Shown: positions 41,787 through 55,300, counted from the first letter of the stretch. The stretch is 64,000 bases of DNA from Auanema rhodensis (GCA_964057225.1 OZ059896.1:8122001-8186000); one strand, 5' to 3'. Numbers and translations are program-made. Notes: a model not told the origin generated them from the sequence alone.

Positions 41787-43136
41787 TTAATCCGGACATT
41801 CAATACTTGTTAAAGGTACAACCGGCCGTAATGGCCTTTCCTGTTCATCGTTAGAAATTTCCTCTGGGTCACTATTTCTTCTATCAACTCCGAACTTCAA
41901 AACAATCATTAGCGCAAATTTTCTATTATTTCACAAACCTTATAACTGGTATTAGCATATTGCCCCAGACAAGGGCAAGAATCTAACAAAAATGTACAAA
42001 ATGGTCTACGCATTGCAAACCACCAAACATTTCCACCTCCATTACCAAAGCATAGCAATATCATACAGAATAATGAGAACCACAAGGGGCATAAGACAAT
42101 CTGAAGTAAACAGTTATAAATTTATTATGTGGCTTAGCCTAACAGAGTATGGTAGTTTCGCGGCTGGTTCCTTGTCTGTCCATTGTAGTGCATCGAGTTT
42201 TCCAGTCAGCAATATCAAACAGATTAATGCAGGTAACACAAGAAAAGTATGTAAAATAGCTGAGTAACAACTTTGTCTAAAACTATATATTTCTTAATTT
42301 CTAAGATAAAAAAATGTACCTTCTGTATGAATGAAGCAAATGCCGAGAGCGTGCAAGAACTATAGTTAAAACAAGGGAATAAAGAACTCCTACTGCGCTT
42401 AATGAAAGAACAATCCAAAGCGGAATAAACACTACTGCCCAAGACCAGTTAACCTGCTGGTCCAACTTGAAGGATATGAAGAAAAATTCAATTACATTGA
42501 CAGCATAGAAGAATTCGAACTGCAATGAACTATATCAAGATTGAAATAAAACTGTTGAAACTTCAAAAGCTTTTTCATGTTTCATGGACCAAACAGCAAC
42601 ACCAAGTGCAAAAATAGATAGGCCAAACACAGGAGCAAATACAATAGACCAATGAAGAATAGCTTCTTTGGGATCATGACTATCGTACTCTAGCTATAAA
42701 GGATATTAGTAGTTATTCAAATATTAACACACCTTATAATAAGCCAAAATTTCGAAAGATAACAAGAACATATGTTCTACTGTTGTTAGGAGCATAGCCA
42801 CAAAATCATTGCGAACAATTATATCATTTCTAAAGTAATCATATATAAACATAATTTTATGAAAATATACCTCGATGGTGGCCTAACAAAGAAGGAGATC
42901 ACACCAACTAATGCTCCAAGAAAAACGATACCATGGCATATCCACAAAGGTAGAAAAATAATAGCATAATTTACAACTATTTTCTCATCGAGCCGCAAAG
43001 ATAAGAGAACGACAAATGTTAAAAGAGATGAATAAAGCACAAACTTTCTAAAAAAAAATTTTAATTTTATATAGAAAATATTAACTCACGAAGCATTGAA
43101 GCCTTTGAACAAAACACCCAAACTTATATCTACCAT
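41787..43136 (-). CDS. TMEM185: TMEM185-family multi-pass membrane protein
   Basis: LFKGFNASKFVLYSSLLTFVVLLSLRLD, IFLPLW, HEKAFEFEFFYAVN, WSWAVVFIPLWI, WWFGMRRPFCTFLL, C-terminal IECPD*. Confidence 0.9.
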
Positions 43137-43282
43137 TATGAATTCAAATATATTTTAGGAAACCCATGTGCATGAATTTCTAAACATATGTATTATGTTA
43201 AGTGCACGTTTAAAAAACGATAAATATATGATATAAACAAATAAGAATAATACAAAATTCAATCTTTAGAAAACTGATTTAT

Positions 43283-43664
43283 CTAATTAGCAGTATCGAA
43301 TTTTTTCAAACAAAGTTCATGCTCCATAAAAAGTTCGATACACTCCTCTCCTCTTGGTTTAGATGTCGATTTATTTGTACATCTCAAAAACAAATCATAT
43401 AACATTAATAAATAAAAATAAAGCATACTGAATAGCTTCTCGTAGGAAATGTCCACAACGATGAGCCAAATTTGACTGCAAACAGGGACAGTCAAGGTTT
43501 ATTCTTCCATCCTCCAAAAAAGTTCCTAAATCCATATTTGATAAATACAAACTATCTTTCTCACCTGGTTCTTTAGGAATGTCTTTGAAAGACTGAAGCC
43601 TCCGCGTTAATTTCTCAGAATGGAAGTTCTTGTCCACAAAATATACTACATTAGAATAATCCAT
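43283..43664 (-). CDS. CHCHD4: MIA40/CHCHD4-like IMS oxidoreductase, paralog B
   Basis: MDYSNVVYFVDK.., DGRINLDCPCL, twin CX9C (CGHFLREAIQC, CIELFMEHELC); TTTCAG acceptor at 43673-43678. Confidence 0.88.
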
Positions 43665-43819
43665 AAAAAAATCTGAAAGAGCTCCGTAAGACGTCAAATC
43701 AAAGTTATAAAAAAAGTAACGGTGTGCGCCAACACTTGTAAAATAGTACAAGGCGAAAATAATAATTTAATTTTTAAAAAATCTAAACTATCTACTTTAA
43801 AAATAAACGGAAGAAACCT

Positions 43820-44341
43820 TTATTTTGAGACTGATATTTCTTCATTATCGCTCTTTAGAGCAGCTTTCATTTTCTGTCTTCTAGCCTCTGGAAGCAAAAA
43901 ACTATTTGGGCAACAAAATGTGATATATTAACCATCCATATTTTGCATGCAAGATGACCAATCAACAAATTGATCTGGACATTTCAGAGTTACATCCTCA
44001 TGCTCATTGTTTGACATACAAATATATAATTGCCGAAAGAAATGCCCACATCTAAATAATGTCGTGAAAACAAATGTTTTTTTTCTTAAATAAACTTATG
44101 GGCAACTAGAGATCCACCTGCCATACATGGGCATTGCCAATTTATTGAGCCATCAGGAAACCTCGGTCCTGCTCATGATGACTCATAATTATTAACTCTT
44201 GGTGTACAAACCTGGAAGTCTTTTAATCTTTTTTAATTCCACCATCCACTGATTTGTTAAAGATAGTGGTTGTGAATGATCATCTTTACTTAAAACTATT
44301 ACTTGATCTTTACCTTGTGCATATACTTCACGAAAAAACAT
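43820..44341 (-). CDS. CHCHD4: MIA40/CHCHD4-like IMS oxidoreductase, paralog A
   Basis: MFFREVYAQGKDQVIVLSKDDH, PDGSINWQCPCM, twin CX9C (CGHFFRQLYIC, CPDQFVDWSSC); 4 exons; AATAAA overlaps the stop. Confidence 0.88.
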
Positions 44342-44627
44342 CTAAATCTGACGATGATTTGCTATAGCTTTCACGATTTCAAATATTAATCAGCAATTAA
44401 CTGTTACAACTGAATAAAAAAAAATGTTAATAATTAGTTTATCATATGTTAAGACGTTGAGTAACAAAAGGGAGATCGCAATGTACATTAATCCTTCATA
44501 AGAAATAAATAACATAACAAGGAAGAGATTATGAACCGTAGAAAATAAAAACGAGAATTGATTCATGATACCGAAAAGTGATGAGGATCGTAAACATACC
44601 GACTCTTTACATAAGAAACAATTTCAA

Positions 44628-46455
44628 TTATGGACATTTCTTTTCAACGATATTTTTTCCAGTTTCGTCGTATTCTGATTTTCCTATCCACATTTGTTGG
44701 AAAGATCCCTTAAATTGAAACAATTTTCAATATAATGCACAAAAACTAGTGAGACTAACCAATGAACCTAGAATGGAACCACCAATCCATGCTCCAAACC
44801 GACGTTCCACAGGCGTTGGGGCAGCAGAAACTCTTAACTTGATTGTCTGGAAAAAAATAAAAATTCAAAGTAAATGATTAAAAAACGAACAGGTGGGCAT
44901 TTAAGAGCTAATTCATGATTCAATCGTTCAGTGAAGCCAAGAATGAGCGAGTTTCCACCAGTTACCATTAATCCACTGTACAATGTCTGTAAATATATAT
45001 TAGAATAGTTATATAAACTCGAAGAACATACTGATCGGATATCAATGTCACACATTCCCGCCGCTGCACTAGCAATTTGAGCAACATTCATTAAAGAATC
45101 TTTATTTTTAGTTTTAAGATAGCTCATATCGAACAGTCCTTCTGGAACTTTAACTCTATCTGCCATAAAGTCCTGAATGAAATTGCTAAAAACAATAAAA
45201 TAAAAAAAACTCCACCTTATTGTATCCATTGGGGAAAGTATATCTAACAGATGGCAGTTTCTCAGCATATTCCAAATCAATAGGAGAATCACAAAGTTGA
45301 AGAGCAGTAGCAGCTAAATCCTCTAAAATCTGCTTCCTCATGAATAAATCGTAATTTTCGGTGACTTCTGGAACGTTCGCTTTTGGAATCCATTTTGGTG
45401 TTTCATTCTCGGTAGTGTCTTCCTGGAAAATGAAAGTAAACAAAAAAATTTCAAAAGAATAAGCACTTTGCTTCCAACTTTATATTGAGGCACCAGATCA
45501 ATGTTGTACTCATCGAGCAAATGTTGAACTTGCTCACAAACCAAATCACCTCCAATAGGAGAACGAACAACAGCTATAAATAACAAAGTAAAATGCTAAA
45601 CAAAACACTAAAAAATACCATGTGTAACAGCATATCCATCATATACAGGAACCGCCGAGGTCTGAGTAGCTCCACTGTCGACGACAAGCCCTGTTGTACG
45701 TCCATTAGCGAACCTTCAATAAATATATAGAAAATTATATGATAGTACAGACATACACTGTGAGGACAGCATTTTTCGCTAAAAAGAAAGCTGGAACATT
45801 ATACTTCTCGAACATCAACTCAGTCAATTGTTCTCTCTTAGCTTTTTCATTCCACTTAAAATAAAAACTATTTCTATACGTTATTCTGAGACTTACGGCG
45901 CTTTCAGTAAAAAGAACAGGATGATAAACAGATTCAGTGTGTAACACATTAGCGTATGAATGATCAAGAAGCTGCTCGAACATTTCCCAGTTTTCAACTA
46001 AAATAGACAATTTAAGCTGATACCAATACTTTCATAACATACTCATTCCATCTTTCATGAAACTTTCGATTATAGTGTTCGCCCTTGGTACAATGAGTTT
46101 TGTTGTTCCTAACAAAAAAATGAGGATTTAAAGAAAAACAAATTTAAATACCAATAAAATAGTTTTTTTTGGTGTGGACGCTTTTGCTGTCTTCAGATTC
46201 TTCTTTCATTTCAACATCCCCATCAGGTTCGACTTCTTGAACGGCAACATAGGAAGGAATGTCACCCTGAAATAAAGATAGATTAAAAATGATAAAAGAT
46301 TAGCATACTTTGGGATATTCTTCTCCAGCAAAGCCAACTCTAAAAGAATGTGACCCGGCATCTAACACAAGTCCGCTGACTTCGTCTACAAGAAACTTTT
46401 TATTTATATATGTTTAAAAAAATAAATTACCTCCGCCGTAAATTCCACCACTCAT
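44628..46455 (-). CDS. swsn-6: Nuclear actin-related protein ARP4/BAF53 (ACTL6)
   Basis: [92 protein letters not shown], ending EKKCP*. Confidence 0.95.
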
Positions 46456-46909
46456 TCTTTCTGAGACTAAAAAAATAAAATAACGAATGTAATATTTAAG
46501 TATATCACCATGCAAATAAACTAATTTGAAAAAAAATGGAAACAAATAAATAAATAAAATAATAAAAAAAATTAATTATAATGAGGGATTTGAATGCCGC
46601 TTGATCAGCATCATTTTCAAGCGAAAGACACAGTATGCGTGCTTGATACTTACCATGTCTGTTGGCGCATACCTAGTGTACTAGAGACTTGAACAGAATC
46701 GATTGTCAAATAGGGTTTGGGTATAGATTGTGTCTTAATGTGGTGTTGTTTCATGATGTTTTATCTTTGAAATAATACAATAGATAGTAGAATAATTCTT
46801 ATTTCATAATTAATCTAAGAATCGTCATTCCTAATTTCAAATACGCTTTTTAAGGTAAAAATTTTAATTCAGTGCCATTTTTTAACTTTCATTTGCTCAG
46901 ATTTAAAGA

Positions 46910-48654
46910 ATGACAGCGAATTTGAATTCATCTGCAAAAGATGATGATAATTTCAAAATTAGATCCATAAGTATTCCAAAACCGATAGCATTCTCATTTT
47001 TGCTATCTATTCTGTATAATGTTGTTTTCTTCATGCAACTTGTTTCATCTACATATCTCTTCAAATCCATAGGGTTGTCAGATTCCGATAACGGTGAGTT
47101 AGATTGGAATATTATTTTTTCAGGATTTTAAAATCTTGTAAATATCTTATTTTAATAAGTGATGCCACACATTTTTCGCATAATCAACTAAAAAAAATGA
47201 TTTTTATATAAATTGAATACATATACATTTTTATTGACAAGATAATGTTTAGGACTCATCCAAACAATATTTGGAGTACTTCAAATGATTGGGAGTCCTT
47301 TGTTTGGGTACAGTATTCAGAGGTTTGGAATAAGGCACTCCTTGTTTTTGTGTTATGCTTCCACTTTCTTTTCTGGAATTCTAATGTATTTGGCATATGT
47401 GAGTATATTTTACTGATAAACAGTTGATATGGTTATCCTAATATGCAGGATTTTAAAACTGTTTTAATAAGTCGTCTTCCTGCTTTGTTTATGCATGGAC
47501 AACAGAGTCATCAAACACTTATTTCTGCTTTGACGGAGCCTGGAAAGCAGCGAACAACAGCTTTTGGTAGAATGGGATTAACTTTTGGTATATTTCTGTG
47601 TTCTAGATAATAAGATAACAAAAGATTTATTAAGGAATTGGTTTTATTTTAACTCCAATTTTCAATATAGCTTCCACAAAACTGATATCTGATAGGGCTC
47701 CTTTCTTTATATCGGCTCTATTGTGTTTTGTACCAATGCTTGTGCTAGAAACTTGTATTGCAAGAGAAAAATATGAATCTGTGAGTTAGAAGAACAGTAA
47801 TTGATTTACTTTTTTCTTTCTAGAAAGCTGCTGATGATGAGAAAGAATCTCATATGGTAATGAACATCACAAATACACTTCGTATCTTGAGTAAGCCAGG
47901 AACCTTCAATATTTTGCTGAAGAAAAATCTTCCTATTTCACCTGCACATCTCATTTTTGCAATCATGAATGTAAGTAGCTTTTTTATATATGAGTTAATG
48001 TTTTCTTTCAAGTTATATATGATCAATGAATTCAATTTGAGCTCCGAGCACAATCACTTTCTCCAACTGATAGTAGGTAAGAGTATCTTTTGGATTTCTC
48101 AGTTATTTTGTTTATATTCATATTTAGGTATCTGTATAATGTTCAGTAACGGATTTGGAGTTTTTTGGCTTCGTAAGAAATTTTCAGAAAATACAATGCT
48201 TTTTATAGGAACATTATTCTTTGTACGTATCTATATATTAAAGTTTAATAGTGATATGATAATTCAGATGGCTGCTTATTTCCTGTTTCACTTCTTCACT
48301 TCTTTGATGATGTTTTATGTTATTATGCCATTCTTATCTCTTGGCATGAGTGTAATAGCTACCGTTTCCGATAGTTTGTTAACTGCTCTTGTAGAAGAGA
48401 GAGAACAGGTTATTAATTTTAAAAGTTTGTATTTATAAAAATGTTTTCAGGGGCTTATCCTAGGATTATCAACGTCATTAAATTCGCTAGGACGTACATT
48501 ATCACCTGCACTTGCAGGTTTTTTGCTTGATATGTATGGTTTCAATATTCTTGCATCAATCGGTTTACTTTTTGCTTTTACTAATTTGGCAGTTTTATAT
48601 ATCTTTCCTTTGGACACTACCCTTCTTCGTAAATCAAAGACTCACGAAGAATAG
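46910..48654 (+). CDS. MFS transporter, SLC22A18-like
   Basis: Hydrophobic 12-TM pattern; QTIFGVLQMIGSPLFG, SRLPALFMH, RTTAFGRMGLTFGIGF, GLILGLSTSLNSLGRTLSPALAGFL. Confidence 0.85.
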
Positions 48655-49375
48655 AAATGTACAACAAAATATTGCGATATGGAGACGGGTGTTTCCACAT
48701 ATTGTTATTTTGAAAATGTGTTAGTTCTTTGAGAGCAGTCTACCCATATTCTAGTCAATCTTGTAATCAACCTTCAAAGTCTAATATCCTTAGCTATTAC
48801 AGCTTAGTACAGAAGTTTATAATAAATTCGGATTTTTTATTCAATAAATATATTTTATTCCTACTTTGTTGTTCCACATAGTTTTGATAATATGATACAA
48901 GTCAAAATTTTAAATATAAAATATGAAAATTGAATAATAGCAGTACCGTAAAAACAAAAATTATTAAAGTGTTTTTAGTTTGAGGCTATTAAGCCTGCTA
49001 TGGTCATGGATTTATAAAAATAGCAGCAGTAGCAGGTCCGGAAAATCAACTACAAGCATTGTCACTTAAATATGTAACAAGAAATGAAAATTGTAAAATC
49101 ACATACAAAAAAAATCTTTAGCATGGTGCTAAATGAGAAAGCTTAGGAGCAGCTTAACGATTTTCCTGTTACGTGCTCTCGTGTCATATAGAAAGAGAGG
49201 GAAAGGGAAAGATATGAAAGAAGGATAACAAGAAATGGAACAGTGAGCAACCAGAAGAGGAATATGTATTTTATGGGAGCCAGGTATAAGGGAAAAGTAG
49301 GATCGAAAAGAAGATTAGAGAAGTGAAGTCCGTAGGTGGATAAGTGAAATGTTCGACAAGATGCTTTGAATATGC

Positions 49376-52300
49376 TTATGTGGAAGACGGTCCTTCTCCG
49401 TGTTCCATCTCGATTTGAGTCTCATGCTTTCTGTGTCTACGCTCCTGAAATTGAGTTGAATGAATCGGATCATCATTCAGAAGCCGATCATGCTCCGATG
49501 GAATGTTGAAACGAACCTTCTTCTCAACGGAGCGGCCACGAGCTCGCATCTTGATTTGCTTAAACGTCTTCTTTTTTTCTTTCATCTCGGCTGGGAGTTG
49601 CATTTCGGCTTCAGCACGTTCAGCAGCAGCCTCTGAACCAAATGTTTCATATTATACTGTAAAGTTAACTAACTCTTTTCTTGGTGTTTTTGATGACGGT
49701 ATTTGCGGTAACTTGCTCTCCATCTGGCAGCTTCGGCTGCAGTCATAGTTGGAGCTGTTTTTCCAAATTTGGATAGATCTCTCGATTGGAATGCGCGTAA
49801 TACTTTGAGCTAAAGTAGGAAATGTATTTTGAAGTAATGAATATTTAGTGATACATGATTTCCGAGAAGGTACATTCCGCGAACCCAAAGAGATTTTCCT
49901 GAACGTCTAATTGCAAGAGCACGAGAGCGAGCACGAGTGTTATAATCACCATTAATGTGAATCTTTGATGGAGGAACCTAAAAAAATTAGATGTTATCAT
50001 TCAAGTTTTAAAACAAATATCGTACTTCTCCCTTTCCAACTTTCCAAGTCTTTGGAAGTCTTTTGCTTGGAATGGTATTGATAACTTGTCCCCAAGGTAA
50101 AACAGATACCGCAAGAACCATGCACACAATCCACTTAACAATAATATTTATTTTTAATTTTTAATAAAGCCATTTAAACCTGATTCAAGTCCAAAGGAGC
50201 AGTTGAGAACCATTCACCTCCATACTGTACAATAAGAATTTGTCCAATGAAGGTAGAAAGCCAGATAACACAGAATACCTTGTTGCTAGCCAAGCCCTGC
50301 GTCGTAATTGTTTCAATTAAACCAGAAATTTCATTAACATACCTTGAAAACGTTACGTTCTCCATGTACCTTTCTGGCGTTGACCTCGTTGAACAACGTC
50401 ATCATTACAAATGCATTGAAGACGAGAGTGAAATGCTGGGTTGGAGGAGCAAAGAGAGGAGCATTCAGGCCAGTTTTTACTCCGAAAAGACGATCACCAT
50501 AGAAGAAGATTGTGAACAGAATCAACATCTGGTAAATGGCATGACCCAAAATATTCTTAACCATCGTACGTGAGATCAATGATTTTTTTCTGAAAACAAG
50601 TATGAAAGTTGTTGTGAAAAGCTTTAGTATTTACCTTCCGTATGGTTTTCGATTCAACAGTTCTTCTGTTGGGACTTCGGTAGCTAAAGCCAATGAAGCT
50701 AATGTGTCCATGATAAGGTTAATCCATAACATATGAACAGCCTGAAAAACACATTTGAAAATATTATTTCAGGAAATGTTATTCACTTTTAGAGGTGAGT
50801 CTGAGACCGTTACAGCTCCAACAAAAGCTGTAATCACGGCGACAACATTGACTGTCAATTGGAATTGAAGGAATTTTGAGATGGAGTCATAAACATTTCT
50901 TCCCCACATAACAGCCTGAACGAAAATATTTAAACTTGGAGTTGTATTTACAATTTTTACCTTAACGATGGAAGTGAAGTTATCATCGGTGAGAATGATA
51001 TCAGAAGCTTCCTTGGCAACATCTGTACCAGCAATTCCCATAGCAAATCCAACATCAGCTTTCTTCAATGCAGGCCCATCATTGGTTCCATCACCGGTTA
51101 CGGCAACAATTTCACGTTGACTAGTAGCTTTACTGTCGATAATACCCTTTACAAGAATATATTTATCGGCTGGTTGGGCACGAGCTAAAACTCGGAGACG
51201 AGGCCATATTTCATCAAGCTTAGCTTGACTGACCTTGCCATTCTCGTCACGGATTCTATAAAAGAATACTATATTCCCGATTTAGAGATACTGTATACCT
51301 GGCATTGAATTCTTTTCCCTCCATTGCCAAGAAATCCTCTCCTGGTTCCAAAATACGACAAGCCATAGCAATAGCACGAGCAGTATTGATGTTATCTCCA
51401 GTAACCATACGAACTGTGATTCCGGCTTTTTTACATTTTTCAATAGCTGCAGGTACTTCGGGGCGCACAGGATCTTGGATACCACAAATTGCAATAGCAA
51501 CAAAGTTGCTATTCATTGCATCTTCATCGTCCCAATTAATATCCGATTCTTGCTCAAATTGGATCTGTACATAGGAAAGTTATATATAGTTGTATCAGTA
51601 GCTTTTTACCTCTGTGACATCAGCTTCACGAACATCTTTTCGAATTAAATCTTTGTATCCAACGCAAATTGTTCTTAATCCATTGTTCGCCATATGAGAT
51701 ATGATTGTTGAGTTGATTTCCTTTAAGCGATCAGATCCAAAGTTGTGTGGCTTTCCATCAGACCCAATAATGTATGAACATCTTCCGAGAACAATTTCAC
51801 TAGCTCCCTTTTGATAAATTCGATAACCGACATCTTGTCCATTTTCAAATAGACGAATAACAGTCATCATACATTTACGAGAAGAATTGAAAGTATAAAC
51901 CTAATATAATTATGTTTTGATTCACATTATTAGTATAAGATAAACCTTGACAAGTTCTTCTTCTGGGAATTTACGTCGAATAGCAGAATAATCTCCTCCA
52001 AGCTTGTTAACAAATCCAAGTAAACCACATTCGGTTTTATTTCCAAGCTGCTGCATCTGCTCTCCAGCTTTAGTTGGTTCAACAATCATAGAATTGTAAG
52101 CTCTAAAAATACAAATAAAATTTTAATTTCATTATGACAAGCGTACGAGTTAACGGATAAAGCTTCCATTAGAATAGGCCCAGTATTTCCTGGTAGAGCA
52201 GATCCGTTTGGTTGATTAGTTTGACCTTCATAATGGTTACCTTAAATTGAAAAATAATTATTTTCTTTCATGTGTTTTTCTCAAAACCATTAATGTAAGA

Positions 52301-55300
52301 ATCAACAACTGTCATTCTGTTTGTGGTAAGTGTTCCAGTCTTATCCGAACAAATAGAAGTAGCATTACCCATGGTCTCGCAAGCATCCAAGTGACGAACA
52401 AGATTATTATCAAACATCATCTGAAATATGAATAAATGTTATAAAGATGTGAATTTGTAAAATAAAATAAATAATAAACATACTTTCCTGACTGAATAAG
52501 TGAGAGCAAGAGCTATAGCCAATGGTAAACCTTCAGGAATAGAAATTACCAAAATAGTTACAGCAATAATGAAGAATTTAACAAACATCTGAACATCTTA
52601 TAGATTCATTATTTTAATTTCTAAAAGCTTTTACCTGAATATCGGCAAATGAAAAATGTTTTTCATCTATTACATAATGTTCGACACAGAAGCGAGTAAC
52701 TAAAACTATAAGAGCTACAGCTGCTACGGTTGTACCTTAAATTTATGAATTTTCACTTAAATGTATATGATATGTATCTAGTTACCGCAATAAATAATTT
52801 GAAGAGCAAGCTTGGCTAATTTTGATTGGAGTACTGATTTAGCTGATAATCCATCATCATCATCACTACTTTTACTGCTACCAGATGACGATGAGCTGGA
52901 AGAGGATGAGCTGGATGATGAAGAGGAGCTGGACGACGAAGAAGCTGCAATATAATGTTATCATACTCATATATTATATTCAGGTTATACTTGATGTTGA
53001 ATCATCGTCAATGCCTGCTCCAGCTTTACCAGCACCCAGTAACATCATGATAATACCGGTTTGAGAGTTGACTCCAACAGCAGTTACAACCATTTTTCCG
53101 GATCCTTCCATGGCATAAGTACCTAATAAATAAAAAAAAGGTTAAATTTAAGTTGTCAATAACAACAGACCAGAAAGAAGAACAGGATCACTTTCAACAC
53201 TCTTTTTGATATGATCCGATTCACCAGTTAAAGATGATTCGTCAATTTTTAAATCATTGGCTTGAAGTAGAAATCCATCAGCAGGAAGCAAATCTCCATA
53301 CTTCACGCGGATTATATCTCCTACAACCAAGTCAGATACCGGTACATCTTTAGCTTCTCCATCACGAATGACCGAAAATTTCTGTCCCGTTTCAATCTTT
53401 TCCTGTAATTACAGTTTGTTTTTTGTTCAAAAAATATTATTTTCTTTCATGTAAAGATTTTGAAAAGTTCACGTGAGTTTCACGTGGGAATTCGCGTAAC
53501 TTATGAATGATTCTTTCTCAGAACCGGTCGTTTCCGCTGTATTTAGTAACAAAAATTCATAATTTCGTTTAAAATTAAACAAATCAGTTATTGCTTAGGT
53601 ATTGATTTCAAAAGCTTGAAAACGAACCTGAAGACTACGGAACTGACGTTCCTTTGAGTAATCGTTTACTGCTGTTACAAGTACAACGATGAGGACGCAA
53701 ATGAGAATAGCAACACCTTCGATCCAAGCAGTTCCATGACCATCGCTTTGAGGTTCGAGGGTTGTTGTAGCAATGAGAGCTGGAATAGAACAATAAGTAT
53801 TCATTTAGATGAATATATCTGTTTCTGAAAATTATTTGGAGAAAAAGTTACTAACCGAGAGTGGCGTTGACGAGGACTTCTGTAGCGTTTCTGGTTATGG
53901 GTTCATCCTCAAGGGCTTCTGGGTCATAGAAGGATAGAGCCAGATTTATGAAACCAGCAGCAACCAGAATGATAAGTGTTGGATCCTAAAGATAAAAATA
54001 TGCCATATTTAAGATAATTAGCTTTAGTTGTAAATAAACACAATAAACCTACTCTGCAAGCGTCGAAAAGCAAACGCATAAAGCTTTTGCTCTTAGCTGG
54101 TGGAATCGTATTAGATCCAAAAACAGCACGACGACGATCGAGATCGGATGAAGAGCTGGGGAGACCTTTGATGACATCAACTTGCAGCTTTTCACAGAGT
54201 CCTTCAACGCCATTATGCTCGTTAGATAGCTGTAAGAACAAATATCAGTAAAATATTAGGAATGGATCATCTATAACCTACCCTTACAATGGCTTCGGCT
54301 CCACGAGCCTCCATGAGGCTTCGGAGTTGTGCTAACGAGCATCCGAATTCTTTTCCTGAGACCTAAAATGGAATAATTGTATGTTAATTTTTCTGGAATC
54401 TTTTGAATCTTTTTGTTTATTTTTATTTATCTAAATAAAAGATATTATCAATTCTATATCATATATACTATACCTCAGATTTTGAGCGGTAGAGTGATAT
54501 AGATTGAATCATATATTATAATATTGTGAATGGTACTGTATACAGTATACTTATATAGAGATTAATAGACTCCTATAATCTATGACAATTCCAAACAATA
54601 ACCTGTTAATTGAATTGAAAATTTTTCATAAATAAGAAAATAAAAGAAAATAAACAAATATATTATACAAAATAAAAAAAAAAAGATTAAAATTTCAAGT
54701 ACAGGTCTTAGTGGAAAATATCATATAAAGTGTATTGATAGTTGAAATATTAAGCCTAGCAAAATGACTGTGATTACAACATGAAGAAACAAGAATTTGT
54801 GGCAAGTTTGAGCCAATATCAAGTGTTAAGACCTTAATATTTGGACTTAGTGACAATAAGGAAAAGAAATTAGTACTAAAATCAATTAATAAATACAAAT
54901 GATGATTGAGATTGATATACATGAATATCTATATGAAATCTTTCGTTTATACTATCGAAAGTCTTATTTGTATGTTCATTAGAAATATTCGTTTTATGTC
55001 TCAGTCATTTCGTTTGTAAGCAAAACTTTGCTGTATAGTTTTACGAAATTGTTGTATTCATGTGAATTTGTGAAGGAATGAGCTAACTGATTGTTTATGG
55101 CTCTGTCATCATTCAGCACTACTTATGAAGACTTGAAACCGACGGTGTCGATGAATCACATCTGATGAGAGATCCGCCCCATTTTCACCAATTAACCATC
55201 CCATTTTAATGTTTAATTTTTTATAATAGTTTTGAATGTGTTGAATACTTACATTCATATGATGCATTAGTTTTCTCTCTTATATTTCTTATCAATTTGT

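Larger units (their letters stand above)
40162..46455 (-). other. Candidate six-gene trans-spliced operon: ACTL6, MIA40-A, MIA40-B, TMEM185, DPH4, RABL3
   Basis: Same strand with stop-to-next-acceptor gaps of about 285, 147, 100, 265 and 0 nt; U-rich spacers; poly(A)-like hexamers roughly 100-145 nt before downstream acceptors. Confidence 0.75.

Noticed and set aside
46646-46700. U1 snRNA-like start ATACTTACC
   Set aside because: No U1 stem-loops or Sm site follow; it is just the reverse complement of a 5' splice site.
55127-55175. Hammerhead-like GAAA...CTGATGA arrangement
   Set aside because: Stems I and III cannot both form in register with the NUH site, and stem II lacks the G-C closing pair.
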